DNA of 64,000 bases, taken from the NCBI GenBank assembly GCA_024704765.1, contig JAKMXF010000297.1:299848-363847 (forward strand). The letters run 5' to 3'. Below are positions 1 through 10,334 of the stretch, in pieces. Both the position numbers and the translations under genes were made by a program. The first letter of the stretch is position 1. Every line of letters begins with the position of its first letter. A model generated the notes under the pieces. That model was not told where the DNA came from, did not search any database, and was given only the letters and a program-made list of their open reading frames with translations. Source of the DNA: Oopsacas minuta. Lineage: Eukaryota > Animalia > Porifera.

Positions 1-1239
1 TATCATATTCAAACTTATATGGCGGGTCTGTGGGTGAAATAGATTGCAGACCATTGATCTAATTAATATGTTTCACAGTAGCGGGTATCTTTACCCCAGC
101 CCCCTATTGGCTCGCTTTATTTAATGTGTAGCCGCCGTATCCACTAATTCCTAATTCTATGAAATATTTATTCTATTATTTATTTATTTTGTAAGCAGAG
201 TTTGACATTGGGGAAATCAACTACTTGTGGCAATGCACCGCTTCATTATGATCGGAATTTCATTGAATCCATTCATAAAAGAAGCTCTTATAATGTTATT
301 AATTAAATGGAATGATGATTCCTGACCATTAGACCTTTCGTTGTAACTCATGATTTATTATTCTATATAACTATTATTTCAATGACTATACCCTATACTG
401 TATAATGCTTCCTTGAACATTTTACTTTAATACCATTTATAGCCTTCAGTCCTCGAATCGGCGCTATCTGCATTTCTATTATACCGAATTCATTCTATAA
501 TTTTTCATGGAAATAAGTGTACGTTCGTTCTTATAATCTATCTAATTAACATATTTGTTAACACGTTATCTAATCTATAATAACACTTACTCAAAGTATT
601 CAGGTGTTGCCAATTACAACGACGATGTTAATATTTTGTACTCTTACTAAATGCAACAAATTTCCTGGCTTAATATGGAATCTTTTTGAAATTGCTTGCG
701 TTTTTAGAATCAATTACTTCTGTTACTTTGTATAACCCAGTTCAGTTGCATTATGAGCTATTTACATATCACCGAAATATTATGATAGATTTCTGATGGG
801 TGGCAGTTTTTGTTTATAGCAATGATTCGAGAGCTGTAAGAGTAATACACATACGTACTTAGATTCTAGATTTTTCTATAATAGAAGATTATAGAAAACA
901 CAATAATTCTATTTTAGAAGATTCTCACAAGATACCTTTTGTATATTGTAAGACAAAAAGTATATTGTAAGAATATTTATTTTCTACTATTATAGAAGAT
1001 TTTAGAAGACACAATAATTATATTCTAGAACATTCTTATAATATCCTTTTTGCAATTTTGTGTCCCTGTTACGAGTTGTTCTTTATGAGCCCGTGGATTC
1101 GAGTTAGAAAACACTGTCATAGCAAAATACAACTTATATGCGGTATTGGCTGAATGGTAGATTATGGTGGAATATGACTGAATATTTAACTTTACAAGGT
1201 TGCAAGCTTGCAACTGAATGACTCATTATTCAGATCAAC

Positions 1240-1741
1240 CAGAGGCGTAGCTAGGGTGAAGCACATGTAGCATGCTAAATTTGATTACCGCACCTGTGCC
1301 TTATACTAAAGTATAGTCGATACAGTAAAAACATATGAAAACGGGGCAAGAAATTCATTTTAAAGCAAATGTGCTGAATAATTATACAGTGCGGATGATT
1401 AGAAAAGATTATCCCAAAGAAATACGAACATTACAAAATTCAATAAAATTTATGTCATATTTTGAATTGAGCCTGAACTAGATGAAGGATGGCCGTTTGA
1501 ACTTTTGACTAGTCTAAATTGATTCCTCTGATTTTTTACCCTAAAGAGGTTCAATTCGCAAACATTGAAGGATTAATTATTATTTTTCCTTTAATGAGAG
1601 TTATTAAACTTGACTCTTATTTTACTATGATTCGGCAGCATATATAGCCGTGTTTTAGTAGGCCATGGAACACACGATGGTGGACAAAAAAGTAGCACAT
1701 GTGCGGAATATGCTACCTGTGACGCACCCTAGCTATGTCTG
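1240..1741. mobile_element. Degenerate TIR element (MITE) of the CAGNGGCGTAGC type
   Basis: Left end cagaggcgtagctagggtg; right end caccctagctatgtctg is an imperfect reverse complement. No clean TSD. Confidence 0.45.
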
Positions 1742-1767
1742 AACCTGTATAATTATGTGTAATAATA

Positions 1768-1926
1768 CAGTATAACTCGGATAAGACTTACACTGACTAC
1801 ACTCGCTCAATATGTACTTCTCCTTTCAACCCAAAAATCTACTTTTCATTCATTTTAATACAATCCTTATCCGGATAAGATGTGCACTCGGATAGTACGT
1901 ACTAACGTCTTATCCGAGTTTCACTG
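1768..1926. mobile_element. Tc1/pogo (Tigger-like) MITE
   Basis: TA|cagtataactcggataagac ... gtcttatccgagtttcactg|TA: inverted termini with TA flanks. Confidence 0.75.
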
Positions 1927-3422
1927 TACGTATACGTAGCCTAGCTAGACTCAGGCCTACCCGGGGCTAGGCTTGGGCAATCATTAAACTCTAGCTATGC
2001 CCTGTTTTCAACCACACCCTTCGTTTTCAGATGTATACTATAATAAAGGGTTTCCAGCAATCTTTATTGCTACATATAGATAATTCAGCAATTCTTACTA
2101 CTGAAGTATTCTATTATATGATTTGTCTATGGATAATCTTTTACCAAAGTTATTCCATGAATTAATTAATAATTGAATCTCTAACCTTCATGTTTATGCC
2201 TATTTATGGTCTCCTTATCTATACTCTAGAAATTTATTCAATAGGTCAATAGTCTAATATAATTGTTGGTTTACTTTTTAGCAAGTTCATTCTCTAATTC
2301 CAGTACTATTTTACTATTCCATAAAAGTTCTAGTAAATATGATAGCATATGTTTCTCAGAATTATACACCGATACTGTATACCATGATATATCGATGATG
2401 AAAGAGCAAGGTCATGTACTTTCATTATAATTAAGGTGCTAAAATTTCAATACATATCTGCTTTGAATCAATATATTTAGCTAACGTTTGTGCCCGGCGC
2501 AATCAGGACCTGCTTAAATCATTGTAATGTATTGATTCTTAAAGAAAGGATAGAGAAATTGATGTTTTAAATAACATCAAAAACTAATTCATGTGTAAGG
2601 TTACATAATGTGTCCAATAGTGATTTTTATTGCATAATATTACTACAAATGTCTATAGTTTGTTGACCTCATCAAATTTTGATTTTTGTGTTTGTTTCGT
2701 AATATTTTGAGAACCATCGCTGAAGAGATGAATATATTTTGGCCAATCATTTTAACTTTATTAATAAACTACGTACATTTCTAAAGAATAAGAAATCTCT
2801 ATTAACTCAGTATTCGGAAATTAATATCGTCTTTTGAAAATTTGAATTATGCTCTATTTGAGTTTGTATACTGTCTAAAAATAAACCGCCTATTACAAAG
2901 ATACCTCTGTAAAATAGAACTGTGTGCTAATATTAAAGACCAGTATTTGCACCCATAAATTGTGTTACGATATTTTCAAAATTCTTGAAAATTATGCGAA
3001 TTTTCAACTCAAAATTTTTTAAGATTATAATTTTCATCGAAACTAGGTATCATCATCGCCTGTATAAATTTGTAGTAGGTTATTTGCTAATTGTGTGTGA
3101 AAATGGAATTAAATGTTTATAACTATTAAGTATGCAATTGTGAATGAAGAAGATCTTGTCGGAAATGTGATGTATTCAGATGAGATATACGTATATGCTA
3201 ACCATCTGTTATGTAATTCTATATTTAATGGTTTAAAATGGATAATAGAAAGCCATCTGTGCAGCCAGAAAACAATGATACATTTCTATTATTACAGAGT
3301 AATAATTAGATTAATGTGGTTTGCCTTATAGACCTGAGCAACATTGCATTGTACAACTAATTTATATAAATAGCAGGAAATGTTCTCCAAATTCAAAAAG
3401 GAAAATTCATCTTTTCAACAAC

Positions 3423-5198
3423 ATGAAACAAATATTAGGAATACTATTCAGCCTTATTGCGATAGCTAACTTGGTAGTCGGTCGGGAATTATCATCATGT
3501 GAAAATCTGACAGACATAACAAGAATAAACGAGGGATACAACTATATAGAAGGTGATATTCTCATACCTTTGGAAAATTTGGATGATTTCATTACTTCAA
3601 CAGATCCATACTCACCCCAGAACGCTGTAGCTAGAAACACAGCTGTCCTATGGGAAAATGGCTTGGTTCCCTATGAATTATCATCATCTCTTAGCCAGGT
3701 AGCGAGGAATGCCATAATTACCGCTATGGAATTTTACGTTAGTAGGTCGTGTATCGAATTTGTAGTAAGAACCACTGAACCAAACTGGCTATATTTCTTC
3801 CCTGGAAGAGGTTGCTACAGTTATATCGGGAACATACAACGTGGAGGACAGGAAGTATCAATAGGTCAGGGCTGTGAGTATCCTGGGATTGTTAAACATG
3901 AAATATTCCACGCATTAGCACGATGGCACGAACAGAGTCGCCCCGATCGAGATCAGTATATTAATATTCACCTAGACAACATTATAGATAGCCAGGAATC
4001 GAATTTCGAGAGAGTGTCATCAGATGTAGCAACTACACAAGGTCTTCCATATGATTTCGGGTCCATTATGCATTACCGTGATACTGCATTTACTTCTAAT
4101 GGTCAGAGAACTATCACGACCCTTGATCCTGCCAATCAGAATTTAATAGGTCAGCGCGACACCCTATCTGATACTGATATGGAACACGTGAATATTCTCT
4201 ACTCTTGTGGTGAACGGTCTCCAATGTGGTCTGATTGGTCTGAATATTCCAGTTGTCCAGAAAATTGTAGGGATTATATGCGAAATAGAACAAGGACATG
4301 TATAGGCGGTGGCTGTCCAGGAAACTTTATAGAGTTTCTATCATGTGGTTCTGAAGCCTGTTCTACACTATCAAGCTGGGGTACATGGGGTGAGTGGACA
4401 CAATGTAGTGTATCTTGTAATACAGGGTATAGATATAGGACCAGAGTTTGTCAAAATGGGAATGACTGTCCTGGACTATATTATGAAATAGACAGGACCT
4501 GTGGTAGTAATCCCTGTATCGTCGCTACCTGGAGTGAGTGGAGTGAGTATGGGTCATGCTCTCTAACTTGTGGAGGTGGAAGTATGACACGAACACGTGA
4601 ATGTTCTGTAGAGAATGTATGTGTGGGTCCAACAACTCAGACAATAGCCTGTGCCACCAATCCTTGTATAGATGATGAAGAAATAATCAGTAACAGCCTG
4701 AGAGCACTCGGGTGTTTTCAGTATCTTGACACTTCTAACCTATTCTACTACAATAACGGTACTACATTTCAACTAGACATAGAAGAAATCGCAGCTACAC
4801 GCAGAGCTATAGTAAAGTGTTCCCAATCTGCTATCAGTAGAAATAGGTTATTCTTTGCTATGATAGACGGCTATTGTATGCAAGAGGGAGGTACTGATAT
4901 TAGTATAAGACCATTTGTTCATACAACAGCATTGGATAGATGTTCCAATCAAGTAGGTAGCTACGATAATCAATTAGCCATGGATTTATGGTACATATAC
5001 GATGTTAGCGGTATCACTGCCAGGGTTAGGAGAGATACTTTCTTGGATGGTAATAACACCAATGTAGAAGAAATGGAAGCTGAAGCTTGTGGAATTAATA
5101 TGGGTGTAGAAGGGTCAGGCAATGGAGTAGGGAATCTAGCACCAAACTTGTTATATGCAATGATAGCTCTCCTTGTTCTACTGGTTCTACAATATTAA
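3423..5198 (+). CDS. Astacin-family (M12A) metalloprotease: signal peptide, prodomain, astacin domain, 3 TSP1 repeats, WSC-like Cys domain, C-terminal hydrophobic (GPI-like) tail; intronless
   Basis: MKQILGILFSLIAIANLVVG signal at 3423; YIEGDI prodomain motif; HEIFHALARWHEQSRPDRD zinc motif; SIMHY Met-turn; WSxWSxCSxxC TSP1 repeats; TATAAATA at 3365. Confidence 0.93.
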   Translation: MKQILGILFSLIAIANLVVGRELSSCENLTDITRINEGYNYIEGDILIPLENLDDFITSTDPYSPQNAVARNTAVLWENGLVPYELSSSLSQVARNAIITAMEFYVSRSCIEFVVRTTEPNWLYFFPGRGCYSYIGNIQRGGQEVSIGQGCEYPGIVKHEIFHALARWHEQSRPDRDQYINIHLDNIIDSQESNFERVSSDVATTQGLPYDFGSIMHYRDTAFTSNGQRTITTLDPANQNLIGQRDTLSDTDMEHVNILYSCGERSPMWSDWSEYSSCPENCRDYMRNRTRTCIGGGCPGNFIEFLSCGSEACSTLSSWGTWGEWTQCSVSCNTGYRYRTRVCQNGNDCPGLYYEIDRTCGSNPCIVATWSEWSEYGSCSLTCGGGSMTRTRECSVENVCVGPTTQTIACATNPCIDDEEIISNSLRALGCFQYLDTSNLFYYNNGTTFQLDIEEIAATRRAIVKCSQSAISRNRLFFAMIDGYCMQEGGTDISIRPFVHTTALDRCSNQVGSYDNQLAMDLWYIYDVSGITARVRRDTFLDGNNTNVEEMEAEACGINMGVEGSGNGVGNLAPNLLYAMIALLVLLVLQY

Positions 5199-7089
5199 AT
5201 ATAATTGCCACACCATGGAATCATTAGTATTTTTATCTATAAACTATCTTTCTCCTTATGTAATTATTCCTTTAAAGTGGTATATGTTTTCTATCTTAAC
5301 ATTGTTGTTAAATACAATACCTTTCTATAAATATTTACTCCATTTTTACTTACGAAAAGCACTACGTATTTACTTTTGGGAACCAAGTGGAAAAGGATAC
5401 TATCAATAGGATGGTATATCATAATGTGTCTTCCATTACGAATATATGTGGAGATTTACTAGTATATGTCTCACTAAATACACTCTCCTTTCTCTATGAT
5501 AACTCGAAATTACATACATACTGTCGTAAACAATTACATAGTATTCGCTTGAATAATTTTGTGTAAATTATGAGGAATTACAATTTCAACTTTTTATCAT
5601 TTATATATTGGCTGAGCAGGCCCTTGGTCAATTAATATCCCTGTATCATGCATTTCATTCATATATTATATTAGCAAGCGGGTCAATAATATGTGGACAA
5701 ATACCATTATGCTATTTTAGTCTTCATTCCTCATGTAAAGAAATGGACAAAAACCCGATTTCAACTATATATCCTACTTCATTTTATAGATCAGAATTGC
5801 TCGATATAGGCTATAATATTCCCTCGGCTCAGTACATTCGATTGGTTCTCAATAGTGAATACCAAAGTATTGTTATTATAATTTAACAATATTCAAATAC
5901 AAGATTTTGTCAGACTGTTAGAAACTATATTATAAGTATAAAATTAAAAGTAATAATTCAGATGATAGGATTACATTGCTGAATCCTAGAGATGATGTGC
6001 AAGTATATTTTTTCTCTGTCCATTTTTTCTATAGGGGTATAATTATACATTATCATCCCTTACATGGGAAATGATCTCACTCGCATCCAAAATATACCAT
6101 AAATCCATAGTTAATCCATCTGCGTAGCTACCTACTTGATTGATACATCTACCCTGTGCTGTTTCAGACACGAATTCTGTAATGCCAGTATCGATACTAC
6201 CTCGCTCTTGCATACAATAGCCATCTATCATGCCAAATACTATCTTATTTCTACTGATGGCAGATTGGGCACACTTTACTATAGCTCGATGTGTAGCTGC
6301 GGTTTCTTCTATGTCCAGGTCAAATGTAGAGCCATTATTATAGTAGGTTAGAGCAGAAGTTTCAAGATACTGGAAACACCCCAGTGATATCATATTGTTA
6401 CTGATTATTTCTTCATCATCTATACAAGGATTGGTGGTACAGGCTATTGTCTGAGTTGTTGGACCCACACATACATTCTCTACAGAACATTCACGTGTTC
6501 GTGTCATACTTCCACCTCCACAAGTTAGAGAGCATGACCCATACTCACTCCACTCACTCCAGGTAGCGACGATACAGGGATTACTACCACAGGTCCTGTC
6601 TATTTCATAATATAGTCCAGGACAGTCATTCCCATTTTGACAAACTCTGGTCCTATATCTATACCCTGTATTACAAGATACACTACATTGTGTCCACTCA
6701 CCCCATGTACCCCAGCTTGATAGTGTAGAACAGGCTTCAGAACCACATGATAGAAACTCTATAAAGTTTCCTGGACAGCCACCGCCTATACATGTCCTTG
6801 TTCTATTTCGCATATAATCCCTACAATTTTCTGGACAACTGGAATATTCAGACCAATCAGACCACATTGGAGACCGTTCACCACAAGAGTAGAGAATATT
6901 CACGTGTTCCATATCAGTATCAGATAGGGTGTCGCGCTGACCTATTAAATTCTGATTGGCAGGATCAAGGGTCGTGATAGTTCTCTGACCATTAGAAGTA
7001 TATGCAGTATCACGGTAATGCATAATGGACCCGAAATCATATGGAAGACCTTGTGTAGTTGCTACATCTGATGGCACTCTCTCGAAATT
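4002..7089. repeat. Long inverted repeat: 4002-4695 versus 6396-7089 (~694 bp, near-identical)
   Basis: The two proteins are identical over this block except three visible substitutions (S/P, F/Y, A/T); the antisense ORFs 4114-4299 and 6792-6977 are identical. Confidence 0.9.
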
Positions 7090-7662
7090 TATTTCCATAT
7101 CTGGTATAATGTTTTCAAAATTAACTTGTATGTGGTTATCTCTATCAGGGCGGCTCTGTTCATGCCATCGCCCTAATGCATGGAATATTTCATGTGCAGC
7201 AATTCCAGGTGTTTCACAAAAACGTCCTATTGAGATCTCCTGAGCTCCAATTTGAAATCGTTTTCCAATCCAACTGGAGCAACCATTCCCGCTGATGAAC
7301 TTTACCCAATCTTGTTCATTGGTCCTTTCTACAAATCTAATACATGTGTTGTCAACGAACATTTTCATAGCTTCAAAGATGGCATTCCTCGCTAATTGGC
7401 TAAGAGATGAATGGAATTCATAGGGAACCACGCCGTTATCCCATAGAGACCATTGGAACCTAAGTACTGCGTTCTGGGGTGAGAATGGGTCTGTACCAAA
7501 ATCACGTAAAGTGTCATCAGGCATTATAATATCACCTTCTATATAGTTGTATGCCTCGTTTATTTGGGTAATATCCATCTGATCCTCGCCTGCTAATCCC
7601 CGACCCATTACCAAATTTGTTATTGCAATAATGCTGAATAGTAGTGCTAGTATTTGTTTCAT
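6043..7662 (-). CDS. Astacin-family metalloprotease paralogue with 3 TSP1 repeats, lacking the hydrophobic tail; intronless
   Basis: Signal peptide MKQILALLFSIIAITNLVMG; canonical HEIFHALGRWHEQSRPDRD; SIMHY; TSP1 region essentially identical to the 3423-5198 gene. Confidence 0.93.
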   Translation of the reverse strand: MKQILALLFSIIAITNLVMGRGLAGEDQMDITQINEAYNYIEGDIIMPDDTLRDFGTDPFSPQNAVLRFQWSLWDNGVVPYEFHSSLSQLARNAIFEAMKMFVDNTCIRFVERTNEQDWVKFISGNGCSSWIGKRFQIGAQEISIGRFCETPGIAAHEIFHALGRWHEQSRPDRDNHIQVNFENIIPDMEINFERVPSDVATTQGLPYDFGSIMHYRDTAYTSNGQRTITTLDPANQNLIGQRDTLSDTDMEHVNILYSCGERSPMWSDWSEYSSCPENCRDYMRNRTRTCIGGGCPGNFIEFLSCGSEACSTLSSWGTWGEWTQCSVSCNTGYRYRTRVCQNGNDCPGLYYEIDRTCGSNPCIVATWSEWSEYGSCSLTCGGGSMTRTRECSVENVCVGPTTQTIACTTNPCIDDEEIISNNMISLGCFQYLETSALTYYNNGSTFDLDIEETAATHRAIVKCAQSAISRNKIVFGMIDGYCMQERGSIDTGITEFVSETAQGRCINQVGSYADGLTMDLWYILDASEIISHVRDDNV

Positions 7663-8584
7663 ATTGTTTGAAGAGATGATTTTATTTTTGGTGTTTCAAG
7701 AGAAATTCTGATATATTTATAGTTCTATGCAAATACCTTAATTCCATTTTTGCTCCAAGTTGTTGGTACAAACCACTATCAATCTATAGCACTAATTTGG
7801 GTATGTAGATTTCTAAGATATATAATGTCTATTCTTTAGTGACGAACGCGAACACTTATTCAGTAATGATTATTGGTCATATATAATAGATAGAACACTA
7901 GAGCCCCAATTGTTGTGACGATTTAGTTCAAAATTTATACTATACAAGTTTATTCTGAAAGTACATTGTTATGCATAACTTATCATTTGCTACTAAGTAC
8001 TACGTGTATTGAATCAACATAATCAAGTAAGGTAGCCCATACAGTTACAGTAAGATTAACAGTGCCATATATAGTAGAGTAATACAATGGCCTTACCACT
8101 TGCTCCAGCTACTAGAGAATAATTATAACTTATATCACCTCTAGTACTTAATTATTTATTACTATTACTTTCTGAAACGCGATCTATGTAAGTATTTTAG
8201 CTCTGATAGGTTTATGATTGCTTTGGGGTATGGTAAATTATTTATTAGGAACTATTTATAATACATGGCATCGCCTCAACCGGAAGGAGATATGATCGTG
8301 TCAATATTATTCGTACAATACATATGCATTCAGCCCTCGTTAATCGAACACTGAAATATCGAAGTCGGAAATTGCCGATATATGGTCCTAAACCGTCAAA
8401 GTAACATCCGTAAATTACCTGAGATATCGAAGTAATTATTGTGACATAGTTGGTATTGCAGTCGAACCTGGTTAGATATAATTAAAGCTAGGTATACTAT
8501 TAGAAACTGTTCAATTCATTATCTATTACTCAAATGTTGTAGTATATTACTAGATAATGCAAGTATCCTAACTGGACCTTTTTA

Positions 8585-10034
8585 ATGAATCGTCTCAAGA
8601 GATATGGCCGTTACACTGCTGTCACAGCCTATGAGTATTTGCTAGAATATGATACACCTAAGTATGTACATGTACAAGATAAGTTTGCTGGTCTTTTTTT
8701 CAGATTCATTCAGTTCTGTGTGTTGTTGTTTGTTTCACTATACTTGATATGGTGGAAGACCGGTTATCAAAGAGTAGGCTATGTATCTAGTGTAACTACT
8801 TATAAACTGAAGGGAGTGAGTATGAGTGAATCTCATAATGAATTCAGTCCTGTATCACAATTCTGGGATCCAGTAGACTACAGTATTCCGGTCAAACAGA
8901 AAGATCAGTTCATTATCCCTACTCGCTACATTTACACTCCTCGACAGACTTATGGGTTCTGCTCTGAGAGTCCCGACTACTCAACATGTAAAACAGATGC
9001 AGATTGTATAGCTAATGTACAAGTTAGTTAGAGTCATGTGTAACTAATACAGTCAACATTCGTTAACTCGAACGAATTTCACTTCCCTTCTTTGTACTTT
9101 TAGTAATTATCTCATCTGTTAACTCGAACAGATTTCATTTCCCCTTAGGTTCGAGTTACCGAATGTTGGCTGTATGTACGTGTATTTATTGAATTTGTGA
9201 TACTCCATTTAGGTACCAGCTGGAAACGGTATAATGAATGGAACATGTGACACAAACACGAACACTTGCATTATATACAGCTGGTGTCCAGTTGAAAACG
9301 ATAGTAATCACCCTGTGTATATCAGTAATTTCCTGAACTTCACTGTCCTAATAATAAACTATATTTCATTTCCAGACTTTCCAGAAGCAACTCCATTCAG
9401 TGCACATAGGAATATTAAAGACAAGATAGATCCTACCACAGACCTGAAGTCTTGTAGATTTGATCCTAGTAACGCATCTTTACTGTACTGTCCTATTTTC
9501 TCTCTAAACACCCTCTTGACTAATCCAGATATAATTAAGGACAGAATTCCTATGGACATAAACCATTTGATAGAGAAAGGAGGAATAGTTGACCTTAGTA
9601 TACACTGGCAATGTAACTTAGATTTTTCAATTGATAACTGTAGTCCACGTTACACAACACAGAGACTAGATCAGAATAACGCTAGCATGTCTCCTGGTTA
9701 TAACTTCAGGAAAGCAGACTATTCGTACGAAGATGAAGGTCTCACTAAATACAGATACCTGTACAAACTCTACGGGATTAAATTTAACATTGTTGTATCA
9801 GGAATTGCTAAGAAGTTTGATGTCTATCAGCTGTTTATCACTATAGGCTCTGGAATATCGTACTTTGCCCTCGCTACTATTGCAACAGATTTCTTTATAC
9901 TTTGGGTGTATAGAAAGAAGAAACTCTATCGCAAGGAGAAGTACCAGCCCGTGGAGGCAGATGTTGAGGACCCTGATCTGATTACAAGATTGTTAGAGAA
10001 TCAACATATAAGCTCTGAAAATAGGGAAAAATAG
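8585..10034 (+). CDS. P2RX: P2X purinoceptor (ATP-gated cation channel); exons 8585-9022 and 9213-10034, ~419 aa
   Basis: YDTPK N-terminal motif, TM1, YKLKG lysines, conserved Cys, WCPVE, PGYNFR, KLYGIKF, TM2 IGSGISYF, YRKEK C-terminal motif; GTTAGT donor and TTTAG acceptor in phase 0. Confidence 0.93.
9050..9172. mobile_element. Tigger/pogo-like MITE inside the P2X intron
   Basis: TA|cagtcaacattcgttaactcgaac ... gttcgagttaccgaatgttggctg|TA. Confidence 0.8.
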
Positions 10035-10165
10035 TCACTTCTCTGATTTTCTATTTTATCAAATTGTTGAATGCCTTTTCTTGTTCTTAAGATTAATTCC
10101 ATGTTATGGTTTGACACATGGTATGTATCATAATTCTTATTTTTTGCACTACTATATAGACCTCC

Positions 10166-10249
10166 GGTAACAGTTCCCAACCTTTTTCACATGTGGACGC
10201 CTTATACCAATTTAACACATTCTGTGGACCCCAGGTTGGGAACCGTAAC
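10166..10249. mobile_element. Short degenerate hAT (Charlie-like) MITE
   Basis: gttcccaacctttt ... gtggaccccaggttgggaacc inverted termini typical of hAT MITEs; TSD not resolved. Confidence 0.55.
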
Positions 10250-10334
10250 ATAGACTGTACTCACTGTAGTGATATTAAATACTTCTATTTACATAATTTT
10301 ACTAACACAATACATGCGCTCTGTACTAAATTAG

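Noticed and set aside
2478-2502. Possible minus-strand Helitron 3' end (gcgccgggcacaaacgttagct)
   Set aside because: Short isolated match with no corresponding 5' end or body; insufficient to annotate.
3113-3422. ORF 3113-3331 and the N-terminal extension of the astacin ORF from 3321
   Set aside because: AT-rich upstream sequence containing the TATA box; the paralogue and signal peptide indicate a start at 3423.
5173-5886. Small ORFs in the spacer between the astacin genes
   Set aside because: Low-complexity AT-rich translations typical of 3' UTRs.
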